Positions 33,515 through 44,122 are shown, counted from the stretch's first letter. The stretch: DNA of 64,000 bases from Epithemia pelagica (GCA_946965045.2 OX337238.1:1550001-1614000), one strand, 5' to 3'. The notes: generated by a model not told the origin, from the sequence alone. Program-made: numbers and translations.

Positions 33515-34537
33515 TTAACGCCAATCGTAAGCGAGTAGTGTATAGCTGTCTCCCATATATGGGAGACAGCTATGCACTACTCCCTTAACTTTGACTTTCA
33601 TTAACTTCATCAAAAACCAAAGTCTGTCAAATCTGACTTCTTCGTTGCAAAGATCTTGAAATTCTGAATAACTTCATATATGATAGTCTACAGTAAATAC
33701 ACAGTCATTAGCGTGATATTTCGCTTTGAAAAATTGGTGATTTTCCTCTTTTTTGATCATTTACATCTTCCATCGGCTGAGCGCCAACTTTAGTACCCTT
33801 TATATATGCGACATCTGCACCAATTGTTGCAGGACTCTCCATTCTGGAGGTCTATATGGCAAAGAAGGCCTTGACCAAAGGAAATGTCCTCCCGACCCTT
33901 CCCTGTGGAAAATGACGACCGTGAGTCGGCGCAACTGGATTCGTCGCAATGGCTCATCAATCCACATGCCGAGCAACCTGTCCAAGATATCGATCTCAGA
34001 TACCAAGCGACCCGTCCAAGGTGCTACCAACCTTGCACCTGAAGCCAGTACAACAGTACCAGAGGAAGCTGATGATGAGGAGGCAGATATACACAAGAAA
34101 GAGGAGAAGGACTGCCAACGACGGCAATATGGAAGAGGATGAGAACAACACAAAAGACAACAACGACAATGGCAAGGACGACGAGATGACGGAAATCTCT
34201 TGATTATCAGAACAACAGTAGATAGGAATGAACAGATATTTGTTAATGTGAAGAGTTATTTTGTTGACTTCTCGTAGCACTACATCATGGTCGCTACATC
34301 ATGGTCACAACATCATGGACTAGGTGCCAACATCATGGACTAGGTGACACTTGTATGATGGGAGGGGGCCATTGTAATTCCTTGTGACCTGTGTTTTAAG
34401 CTTAAAACAATCTGTGTTAAGGCCGACTTACGGGAGACAGCCTATGCGAGCAGCTGGCTGATTCCCATAAAATTTATGGGAGACAGCTATATACTATTCC
34501 GATAAGCTTAAAACCCGTTCTTTACGATTGGCGTTAA
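33515..34537. mobile_element. TTAA-flanked non-autonomous TIR element (MITE 2) with palindromic subterminal motifs
   Basis: TTAA|CGCCAATCGTAA ... TTACGATTGGCG|TTAA; subterminal GGGAGACAGCT motifs at both ends. Confidence 0.8.
33533..33582. repeat. 50-bp near-perfect palindrome
   Basis: gagtagtgtatagctgtctcccata|tatgggagacagctatgcactactc: 25-bp arms, 1 mismatch. Confidence 0.95.
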
Positions 34538-34945
34538 ATGGATGTGTAATTCTCAACCGACAGGTTATGGGCCCAAGTTTAGGGGCGGTTTTATTCAAGG
34601 ATTTGGGGGTTATGACTTACAGTAGAGTTCCACTAAGGCTTAGCTAGGTGCCTCCAACTTCAAACTTGGTTGGTCCATATCTCTGAGTGGATATAAACGC
34701 GACCAATATTAATATACGCGACTAGTTAAAGCGACCGATTGGTGTCCAAAAGATACCCGCTTTGTTCGGTCTCGTCTCTCGACTATTTGGGCTTGTTGGA
34801 ATGGTTCTAATGGATTGATCCACATTTTGATTCTTTCCTTTGGTATCTATAGATAGACACGTCCAATCCTCCAACCACCACCACCGAAGAAGAGGAGAAC
34901 CACACCATCCTCTCGTCTGTCAAACTCTGGAACTACCTACCTAGC

Positions 34946-36130
34946 ATGAGTGCTTCTTCGAGAATTGTTGTCCGAATGAGCATCCAGCCGTTCTTGTGTC
35001 CCCGACTGACCAGGCAGTATCGACACCACCACGTGTCGTCGGTGTTGGTGTCGTCCGCCACCACGACCATGGTCCGTTTGTTCGGGTCCACCCGGACGGC
35101 AGGAACCAAAATTCATCCAAGACTAGCAGCAGCAACCATGACGACGAGCCTTGCGCACGGTTCTTTCACCACCACCACCAGAACCACCATTCGATCGTCG
35201 TCGTCGTCATCCTCGTCCAATTCTGGAACTGTCGTCGACATGTCCGGCGAAAAAGCCAAGAATCGACGAGTCTCTGTGGGAAATCTCAGCTCTGCTGGGG
35301 TGTCGCGTGGCAAAAGATCTCCAGGATCCTATGGAATCGGCGGGTCCCGTGGTCCATGCGCGCCCAAGTGTGGACCGAATGGAATGGCCGTTCCAAAGGA
35401 TGCGCGGAATCGTGCAATACGCCACACACGCACAAGCGCAACCAGCGATATCCTCATGGAATGACACGCCACTCAAAGGACGCGCATGATGGTTGTCGGT
35501 GAGGACCGTGAATTCCACGCCTCAACATATCCGAGCGTCGTCCACACAACGCTTTGTGTATGTTTGGAATCTTGCTCCACACATGTCCGCTGGCAAGAGT
35601 TACAAGATTACATGCGCAACGCTGGTACTGTGGACTATGCCACCATTCTCACCAACTCTTATGGCGACTCGTTGGGTTGTGGCGTGGTGGTGTATCCGCG
35701 CCCTCAAGAGACTGCACGGGCCATTCAAGAATACCAAACTGTCGAGTTCCAGGGCCGACCCATGTACGCACGGGAAGACCGCGGTCGAGACCGCGGTCGA
35801 GGCCGTAGTGGTGGTGCTGGTGGCAGAGGTACTACTACTACGGTTGGAGCATCTCCCGCCGATGATGGAACACAATTGTCCGTGGGAAATTTGGCCGTGG
35901 AAACGACTTAACGAGCTCCAAGATCACACTTTTGCCAGTGCGGACATGTCCGCCTTACCGATATTGTGTTGGGCCCTGGTGGGCAATGGATAGGCGTTGG
36001 CACGGTGCAGTTCTACAACCAGGAGGACGTACAAGCTGCGATTCGTCGCCTCCATGGCAGTGAGCTTCAGGGTTGTACTTTGCAAGTGCGGGCCGGCCAA
36101 AAGCCTTGTGAAGAAAACCATTTGCCATAA
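34946..36130 (+). pseudogene. Triple-RRM (Gbp2/Hrb1-like) RNA-binding protein pseudogene with a mitochondrial-type presequence
   Basis: RRVSVGNLS, WQELQDYMRNAGTVDYA..LGCGVVVY..FQGRPMYAREDR and GTVQFYNQEDVQAAIRRLHGSELQG lie in different frames; Arg/Ser/Thr-rich N-terminus. Confidence 0.75.
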
Positions 36131-36687
36131 ATTTCGCATTGTGCCTTCCCTAAATGATTCATTGATTGTGCCGTGGCAATGAATTACTAATGATTGGATG
36201 GCTACTAAATTGTCTCGAACTGGAACTGGAGAAGCCGGCTTGGACCTTGCTTCGGCCTTATGAATCGTATCAGTTCTCTAATCTTGACCTTGGTTGTGAC
36301 TATGCACTCTTTGCCGGCAAATCCGGGGGCAGCTTGGAGAAAATGAGTTTTCCCGTTCCCCAAACCTGCCACGACCATTCCAACCAAAGGAGCACGTGTG
36401 TCATCGTCTAAACGGATGTTTTCGAAACCAGTCGCTCGCTTTTCACAAAACAGGCGGTTGAGTTGATTCTGATTCCTCCAAGTTTCGGAGACCCTACAAG
36501 GGTAACACAGATCTTTTGAGTCTTTCAGTCTAAATTTTTTTCGAATGTGCCCAAAACCCCGAGAATCTGCTCATTCGACGCGGTACCGTTCAATTCGTCA
36601 AATTTTGGCCTCTGTGCTGCGGCTTCTTTGATTTCGTAATTCAGATGTAGTGAGGATGTAGTTAGTACCCACTTGGATGGCTAGTGG

Positions 36688-37335
36688 TTGGTTGGATCTG
36701 ATGGACGCTTGCATTGGGCTGAATACTCACGCACGTTGAATACGCCTGAGCTTCCTGGTCATGTTTCCTTTGCGCCCAATCATTGGGTGGGGAAGCTTTC
36801 CCCCTCTTTTGAGGTGATTACCAAGACTGGCCCTTGGCTTACGATTGACCATCCCGACCACCCCTTTCACAAGTTGACTCTGCTTTCTAGCCATCATTTT
36901 CCGGTTCCCCAGGTTGTGCCCTCGAGTCTCCCACAGGATCCTGGCTTTTGTCCGCCTGGCTCCAACTTGAGTCGATTTATCGGTCAGGGAAGATCCTTTG
37001 GAAATTCTGGCAATTCTGGCGGCCGTGGCAATAACCCATCGTACCCACCTTTTGGTCCTCACGATCCTGATCCATATTACAGTAGAAATAATGCATCTTT
37101 TTCTGGCGGCGGTTACCCTGGTGCTGGTGGTGACGGTGGTGGCTATCCCCCAAATTCTTTTCCTGTGTATTTTGGTCCCATGCCTCCTTTGTTCAAACCC
37201 AAGCTTGATGCAAACTCATATCCGGAATTGAAAGACAATAAGTATTTTTACGAATGGAATCGTCGAGTTCGATTCACTCTCAACGCTCATGGAATGGGAT
37301 ATTTATTGGACGAGGACTGTGACACTGAGACCTGA
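36688..37335 (+). mobile_element. Truncated copia-like gag fragment
   Basis: Gly/Pro-rich segment then PKLDANSYPELKDNKYFYEWNRRVRFTLNAHGMGYLLD, resembling a copia Gag N-terminus; no LTR or pol found. Confidence 0.45.
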
Positions 37336-38060
37336 GACACCCCATCTGTGGGAGAAAGGAATGTAGCTAGAATAAATTGCTTTGACCTTTTCAAATACTA
37401 ACCATGCTCTGGAGCAATACGGCCGCACGACGTACATGCGCAGCTCTAAAAGTCATCTCCGTCACTCTCCTCAATGTCATCCTCCCGAAGAATCTGTTTG
37501 GGATCCTTGATCAAGTCCTTCTCTTGCACCCATCCAAAGTAGGACTCGAGACTCGCGTAGCATCCCGGAAGAATGGTACGAACGTACGATCCACCGCAAG
37601 GGACGTCGAGTGTGTGGCCCGCTGGATACTCCACAGATTCTCGTTTCTTCTGCTCAAGTCTCACAGGTTGGAGGTGCCTTGAACTGACGGAACTTGGTTG
37701 TATCGGATAATGGTTGTTGCGTGCCACCGATATGATCGCGATGGAGGCGGCAGACAGCAAATCTCGGATATAGCATGCGTCGGAATAGTCGGAAAGAGTC
37801 TTTGATGATAAGTCTTTTAAATCACCAAACAAGTCGAGCGAGTGGTACTGTAAAAATGGAGAGTGATGGGAAGATCCTCCATGTTGGAAGCTTCGATTGT
37901 TCGTTCCGGATCAAAGTCAAGGACGTCGGCGTCGGTTCGCTTGGTGTACACAAGAGCTTGCCAAGCGTATGCACTATGGAGAGTTTACGGTGGAGCGGTC
38001 ATGGCTTCCGGAGTGGTCGCCGCCCACTTCAAACTTTCGGATCATGTTGTTATTCTGGCG

Positions 38061-39380
38061 CTACGAAAAGAAGCGATCGGTCGTCTCCGCTCTCCAATTG
38101 TCATGTTCGGCAGTTACTAGACCACCCGGGACTGCTGCTGGTGCATAGGCGATTGCAAAGGGAAGGATGCTGTACCGTGCGGTGCCAGCCCTCCCGGCGG
38201 AATCAAAATCAATCAACATGACGCGCATTCTACCCGTGCCGTCCTCCTCGGCCCTGCTGTACAGTACGTTCCCCGCTCTCACATCGCCGTGCACAAAGCC
38301 CGCGTTGTGCAGTTCGAACAGTACTTGTTGTACCGCCACAAGAATCGCCGTACGGACCGCTGGATCCGTGGCTCCATGCGCTAGAATCCAATTTTGTTTG
38401 TTGTTGGCGTTCATCGTGCTCGTCATTTCGATTCTCCGCCAGGAGGGACACACATCCACAGCACTGAAAGTTGGGGCGTAACCCTGGGCCGCACACCAAC
38501 CATGAGCATCTGTGCCGTAGCGCTCCGTGGCGCGTAGGTATTTGTGGTAAGAACCATCGTAACGTCGAAAAACAAGGTTGTAGCCAAGTCTACTGTCTTC
38601 TGTGACGAGAGGTTGAGGAAGGTTGTCCTTGTGTAACGTCATGGTCGTCACTAGGCGGCGTAGAGCCAGGAGGGTCGCCCCAAGAGTAGAGATTTGGACC
38701 GTCGGGTTAGCCTGGAAAAGGAGACAATGCGATACGACTGCCGGTGACACAACAGGGCGGCTGATATGATCACATGCAGCAAGAGATATGACAAGACGTG
38801 GACCGACAACCTCAATAAGCACCGTGGGTGAAGGAGAAGGCGGCTGTTGGTAGAGAAGGAGATTGGAGTAGTGTCCGAGGAGCTCCACCAAACTGTCTCC
38901 TCCTCCTCCCAATCCGGAACCAAGTTTATCCGCTCGAATCAGGAGAAACGCGGTGCGTCCAAATCCAGTGGCCTTGTACGCCCCGTCCGTGGTGCCCTCG
39001 CGTTCGCCTGGACCCCGAGGGGTCAACTCGCGTCCCACGGAAACGCCGAGCAGTGCCTGAAACTGGGGGCTCAGCGCTTCCGACAAAGCATTCTCCGACG
39101 GGTAGCGAGTAGCCGTAATCTTCATTAAGTCAATCACGTCCTGAAAAAAAGCATTCGGATCTCTAGGGGCATTGTGCGGCATTTGAAAGCGAGGGTCATC
39201 CTTCGACTCGAGTGCAGTCGACAATTCCGTGAGAAACACCTGAAACGGTTCGTACATCAACTCGGCAGGAATCCTCGGTTTCCTCACTGTCCCTGACGAG
39301 TCACACGCGTTCAGGAAAAGATCATCTAATGCGGCCTTGTTCTGGTAACAAAACAACTGAGACGGCGGCAGGGATGCCAT
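38061..39380 (-). CDS. Crinkler-type (degenerate REase +) protein kinase (439 aa)
   Basis: HGDVRAGNVL and LIDFDSAG kinase motifs; TVLIEVVGP; the REase ExK site appears altered (IRADK); intronless. Confidence 0.75.
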   Translation of the reverse strand: MASLPPSQLFCYQNKAALDDLFLNACDSSGTVRKPRIPAELMYEPFQVFLTELSTALESKDDPRFQMPHNAPRDPNAFFQDVIDLMKITATRYPSENALSEALSPQFQALLGVSVGRELTPRGPGEREGTTDGAYKATGFGRTAFLLIRADKLGSGLGGGGDSLVELLGHYSNLLLYQQPPSPSPTVLIEVVGPRLVISLAACDHISRPVVSPAVVSHCLLFQANPTVQISTLGATLLALRRLVTTMTLHKDNLPQPLVTEDSRLGYNLVFRRYDGSYHKYLRATERYGTDAHGWCAAQGYAPTFSAVDVCPSWRRIEMTSTMNANNKQNWILAHGATDPAVRTAILVAVQQVLFELHNAGFVHGDVRAGNVLYSRAEEDGTGRMRVMLIDFDSAGRAGTARYSILPFAIAYAPAAVPGGLVTAEHDNWRAETTDRFFS

Positions 39381-39418
39381 GGTCGGATTGGCAGGATGAT
39401 ACCAACAACTGCGACTTG

Positions 39419-39465
39419 CGAAATTTTACAGCCTCAGAAGCATCCCCGCTAGGGAGTGTTTCTGT
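39419..39465 (+). repeat. Isolated copy of the right end of the Crypton-like element
   Basis: cgaaattttacagcctcagaagcatccccgctagggagtgtttctgt aligns with 52146-52195. Confidence 0.8.
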
Positions 39466-39688
39466 ATATAACGTCCGTGTCCTCCAATAGCGACTCTTAA
39501 AGCGACCGATTCTTGTCCACAAAAAGATACCCGGTGGATCTTTTGTTCGGTCGACTTTTGTGTGGATATCGATCTCCTCGCATGGATTGTCTCTGTTTGG
39601 TATACATTCGACAGAGTGTGGTGTGTCCAATTATTATCGAACCACAACCACCACCATCCTCTCGTCTGTGAACCTCTGGAACCATAGC

Positions 39689-42535
39689 ATGAGTGCTTTG
39701 TCGAGAATTGTCGTCGTGAGAAGGATGAACCCGTTGTGTCTCCTACTGCGACCGCAGACCAGTCCTCACCGACACCACCACGGTTCGTCCGTGTGGGTGT
39801 CGTCCTCGTCGTTGTCTACCATGGCCCGATCGTTTGGGTCCACCCGCACGACCGGTACGACTACTACTACCACCATTCGTCCCAGACTACTAGCAGCCGC
39901 CACCCTGACGACGACGAGTGTTGCCTCTCCCACCACCGGGGCACCCATCACCACCACCATTCGAAGCAGGTCATTTTCGTCGTCCAATTCTGGTAATTTT
40001 GACTTTTTGTCCCAAGCCATGGGCTCTCCATCCAATGGCAACAACAACAACAACAGTCCGTTGGGATCCATGCCCATTTCCAATCGTCGTCGGTCCAATA
40101 ATTCCCAACCAAACCATCGAAACACCAGAAACAATTTCGTTCCCCACGAAAGTGGTGGCCCTGGTGGTGGTCCACCACCCAGCAATAGCAATAGTCGTGG
40201 TGGCGGCAATCCTCGTCGTCGTCCCGTCTATCCCCCCACCCCCATTCCGGTCCGTCATTCTCGAACCAGCTTGCCACCGGCCTGTCCCGATGCCATCCCA
40301 CACCTCTTGCAACAAGTGCAGGCTCTGGTGCAAACTCCGGTCGGACACTTGTTTGCCTATACGACCCGCGCCGCCCAAAACCAAGAACCCATTGAGTCGA
40401 CGATTCAATTGCAAACCAAGCAACAACGCTTGCACAATCAAGAGGTGCAAGAACGCGAACAGGCCACCACCGTCTTGTGGGCCACCAAAGAGGAATGGAA
40501 GCGCATTGAACACGTGTTGCTGCGCGATCAAGACCAGGCCTGGCAGGCCGCCAATGCCACCATTCAACACGTGGAATACTTGATGCGGGGCTTGGCGCGA
40601 CAAGTGCCAGGAACCTTGACATGGAAACACGAACAACGACATGCCGTGGGTATGACCGAACATGCCGTCGATCCCAAACAACCGCATCATCATCCATCGT
40701 CCTCCCAACAACCGGACGACCAGCATCAACGACGACACCAACACCAAGATCTCTACAGCCACACCGCGGCTGCCGGCATGCGAGCACGAGATGGTGACAC
40801 GAACGACGACACAAACGACGACTCGGACGGTGCCGCACCCCCGAACGAACCGGACGACGACGACACGAACGACACGGGCGATTGGATGGAGGACGACATG
40901 GCCCTCTTGACACGCATGGGACAATTGCAAACCTTGCCCGTTCCCTTTACGCGGAGCAATACCGAGTGTGTCCACATTTTGTATGCCATGCAACAATTGA
41001 TTGATCGGTTGTGGAAGGAAGGACAGGCCTATATGCAAGTCCGAGCCACTCGGTTGTTGGAATTGCAATCCAAACTGCAACTGCTACCCGAAGGCGACGA
41101 TTGGACGAACGACGACGACTTGTCCTCCTTGACGACGGCCGATGCGGCAACGGCGTTGGACCACCTGTTACCGGAGGGAGCCGGGTCGTATGAACCAGGC
41201 GACCCGGCGGCAGCGTCACCACCCCCAGGAGGAGACGAATCGCCACCCGGCTATCATCAACAAATCAATACCGTATTGCAAGATGAACTCAAAAATAGCA
41301 GTAGTGGCGAGACACCTAGCGGTGACGACAAAGACACGCCGAAACCACCACCCTCCCCCTGGGATCAAGACGAGGCCGAAAACAAAATTTTGCAAGATTA
41401 CCGAGAATCTGTGGAATCCTTACCAAACGAAAGCGATTCCAAACAGTGGCAAGAATTTGTCGATCAATTTGCCAGTCCGGGTCCCACCACTGACATGTAT
41501 ACCATACTCTTGGATGCCATGGCCGTCATTGCCCAACATGCCAATACGACGGCCAATACCGGAGACAAGGAACGACCGACCCATGTCTATACCACCCAAC
41601 ATTACATTCGATACCAGACTCCATCGCCACCCTCACCTGCCAATCCGACAACGACCAGTGCAAATTTACAACCACCACCGCAACCAGGAGAAGCACAACA
41701 ACAACAACAACAACAACCAAAGCATATCCACGATCAACCGGATGCCACCCATTTGGATTTATGGTGGGATTACTTGACACCCAAAACTGTCAATTATATT
41801 TGGGGACAAGTCTTTGTACGAAACGAATTGGATGGTGGTGGTCTCATGAATCAAAATGTTTGGACCGTTCCCAATCAAGTGTGTTACAATGCGCCCGTAC
41901 GAACCATGGCGGCGCTGCCCTTTGATCATTCCGTCATTCCACGAACCAGTCAAGAAGAACAAGAATTGGGACAAACGCTCGCCAACAGTCAGGCTTTGAT
42001 TCAGGACCATGGGAGCGACGACAAGGAAACGAATACTGCTACTATCGATCCCCTGCGACGAATCATGTTGTCCAAATACCGTCGGGACGAAGCCTTGTAT
42101 GTGGGATTGACAATTTGGAATCAATTGTCCCAATGTACTCATTTGCATCAATCTCCCGCAACCTATGCCCATGTCATTGACTTGCTGTCCAAATACTTGC
42201 CCGATGCGTCCGATATCAAGGGTCATACCACCATGTGGTTTTTTCGGGTCGCGCAACATGAGGGTGTTGTAGATCCCATGGTCGTCCAAGCCTTTTTACA
42301 GGCCCAGGTACCCTCCAATGTTCCGCAAATTGATGCATGGATTCAACAACAGGAACCCTTGAAACGAATTTGGAAACTCTTGTATGAAAACGCCGAACCA
42401 ACCAGCAACAAGACCATGAAAAAGACAGCGAAAAAGACGTATAACTTTGTTCGTCTTCCCAAATTCTATATTCCCTACAACTGGAAACGCCATGTTCGTG
42501 CCAGACGATATCATGCCAAAGACGATGAATACTAA
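39689..42535 (+). CDS. Probable mitochondrial protein with degenerate PPR-like helical motifs (948 aa)
   Basis: Arg/Ser/Thr-rich, acid-free N-terminus; PTTDMYTILLDAMA, PNQVCYNAPVRTMA and SPATYAHVIDLLSK resemble PPR helix starts. Function is inferred only. Confidence 0.55.
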   Translation: MSALSRIVVVRRMNPLCLLLRPQTSPHRHHHGSSVWVSSSSLSTMARSFGSTRTTGTTTTTTIRPRLLAAATLTTTSVASPTTGAPITTTIRSRSFSSSNSGNFDFLSQAMGSPSNGNNNNNSPLGSMPISNRRRSNNSQPNHRNTRNNFVPHESGGPGGGPPPSNSNSRGGGNPRRRPVYPPTPIPVRHSRTSLPPACPDAIPHLLQQVQALVQTPVGHLFAYTTRAAQNQEPIESTIQLQTKQQRLHNQEVQEREQATTVLWATKEEWKRIEHVLLRDQDQAWQAANATIQHVEYLMRGLARQVPGTLTWKHEQRHAVGMTEHAVDPKQPHHHPSSSQQPDDQHQRRHQHQDLYSHTAAAGMRARDGDTNDDTNDDSDGAAPPNEPDDDDTNDTGDWMEDDMALLTRMGQLQTLPVPFTRSNTECVHILYAMQQLIDRLWKEGQAYMQVRATRLLELQSKLQLLPEGDDWTNDDDLSSLTTADAATALDHLLPEGAGSYEPGDPAAASPPPGGDESPPGYHQQINTVLQDELKNSSSGETPSGDDKDTPKPPPSPWDQDEAENKILQDYRESVESLPNESDSKQWQEFVDQFASPGPTTDMYTILLDAMAVIAQHANTTANTGDKERPTHVYTTQHYIRYQTPSPPSPANPTTTSANLQPPPQPGEAQQQQQQQPKHIHDQPDATHLDLWWDYLTPKTVNYIWGQVFVRNELDGGGLMNQNVWTVPNQVCYNAPVRTMAALPFDHSVIPRTSQEEQELGQTLANSQALIQDHGSDDKETNTATIDPLRRIMLSKYRRDEALYVGLTIWNQLSQCTHLHQSPATYAHVIDLLSKYLPDASDIKGHTTMWFFRVAQHEGVVDPMVVQAFLQAQVPSNVPQIDAWIQQQEPLKRIWKLLYENAEPTSNKTMKKTAKKTYNFVRLPKFYIPYNWKRHVRARRYHAKDDEY

Positions 42536-43315
42536 AGTGTACATCTTGTATACAAGAAGAGCAATGACAGTGGGAAATGAGACCGAACAGAATAAAAACA
42601 AGAGGAAATAATAGGAACAACAGGAACACAACTGTGTATGAATTCCATCGTGCAAGTTCCAAAACGTGAGCATTGTCGATTCGTAACTACTTCTATAGTT
42701 TTACAAGTAATAGCACATTGGAAGGCCTTTCAATTCTTAGTTGTAAGGAAGCTACAAGGTGGCTATGACTTGAGATGGCTGATACGTCAATGGAGTCAGA
42801 TGATAAAAGTAATACGATCAATAATGAGGCATGTGAGTGCCACATGAAGGGAAACAGCAATCAACTGGAACGCTCGAATGCTCCTTCCCAAATGTACTGT
42901 GGCTACGTATAGGATCCACTGATACTCTCTCTAATGTACCGTGGCAACATAACCTATATCGATTCCTGTGATTATCACTGTCAGAATGACCATTGACTCT
43001 GACATTGTATGCCAATGTCGGTAGTCCCACCATGGTCAAAGGCGCCTATTTCTCGTTGTAGGCGTAGGATGGTCCTTGTCCATGGAAATCGACCAACTAA
43101 CTCCATAGTAGAGGAGTAGCTGCTCGTCAGTTGATGGTGAGTTAGCGTAGATAGCAGGGGTAGCCAACGCAATGGGCCAGCTGAACGATGATGGATGATG
43201 GGGCATGGGGCCCGCCTTCGGTCTGCAATAGGTTAATTGTTATCAAACAGCATCAACAACTGACAGTCAGAAGGATCTTTTCTTACTCCCATACTCGTAC
43301 TATAATACACTGCTT

Positions 43316-43880
43316 ATGACAACGACGGCAGAATCGGACTACAGCATCGAGGATGATACCGGGGTGTATGACAACAATGTTGCGGCAGTGAAGAAGAAAT
43401 CTGACAATACATCCACAACGCCGCCCAGCAAAGTTCGAGATTCGGTTGGTTCGACAAAGAGATGGCAACGTTGTCTATTTCTGTTGATCTTTCTTTGCCC
43501 AAGTTCTCTACGAAGCCCCGTCCATACGATAGACGACCTTCGAGCGTTCCCGCACGACATTCGATCCGGGCAATTGCAAAAGTCCTCCAAGAAGCACCCC
43601 GAAACTCCATCGTTCGCATGTATTGCGACGCTTTGTTGGACCCTTTCGCTCGGGACCTACTCATTCATCATGGGGAGACAAGATTGTCAACATTCCAAGA
43701 ACTGCATCAAAGAGATGTTAAAGAGGTTTTAAAAGGCCAACAGCTATGATGTTTTTTGATGCGCGAGTTCAGATTCGCATTGCCAACCTTAACTCGCCTT
43801 TACGCACGAGATATACTTCCAAGCACGACAAGAGGTTGGTGACTTAACAGCATTGCTTGTTTGGATCCTAAAATTTGGCT
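43316..43880 (+). pseudogene. Decayed phospholipase D-family (HKD) nuclease-like gene
   Basis: AIAKVLQEAPRNSIVRMYCDALLDPFARDLL, then HDKRLVT*QHCLFGS*NL from 43824 = HxK(x4)D(x6)GSxN with two stops. Confidence 0.55.
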
Positions 43881-44122
43881 CCTTTGTGACATGTGATAAC
43901 AAGAAGAAACATCGAGACGCAACAACGTGGTACCAGGGTTTAGTTTGCGTCGATTTTCCGACTCGTCATAGTCGGTTTTCCTGCATTATGTTTTCAAGCG
44001 GATAATGCACGACGACCATTCTGTGGGGTCCAGGAACAGGTGGTCCGTTCCTCGTCGTGTGGTTGTGGCCATAGCAGAGTTGTTAGCCATTGCAGTCCGT
44101 ACAATGCGTTGGGACATATCCA

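Larger units (their letters stand above)
29119..34624. mobile_element. PIF/Harbinger-type DNA transposon (transposase + Myb/SANT-like partner) with two nested inserts
   Basis: Perfect 18-bp inverted repeats CTCTACTGTAAGTCATAA (29116-29133) and TTATGACTTACAGTAGAG (34610-34627), extending imperfectly to about 26 bp, enclose two convergent ORFs. Confidence 0.85.

Noticed and set aside
37325-37338. CTGAGAC tandem duplication at the end of the gag fragment as an excision footprint
   Set aside because: A single 7-bp duplication with no associated element; could be slippage.
39948-41080. Long antisense ORFs (39971-41080, 39948-40913; likewise 58876-59724, 60208-60951, 19201-20088)
   Set aside because: They are shadows of real genes on the opposite strand, with no motifs of their own.
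42600-43300. Possible gene or TE remnant between the PPR-like gene and the PLD relic
   Set aside because: No motif, long ORF or repeat could be supported.
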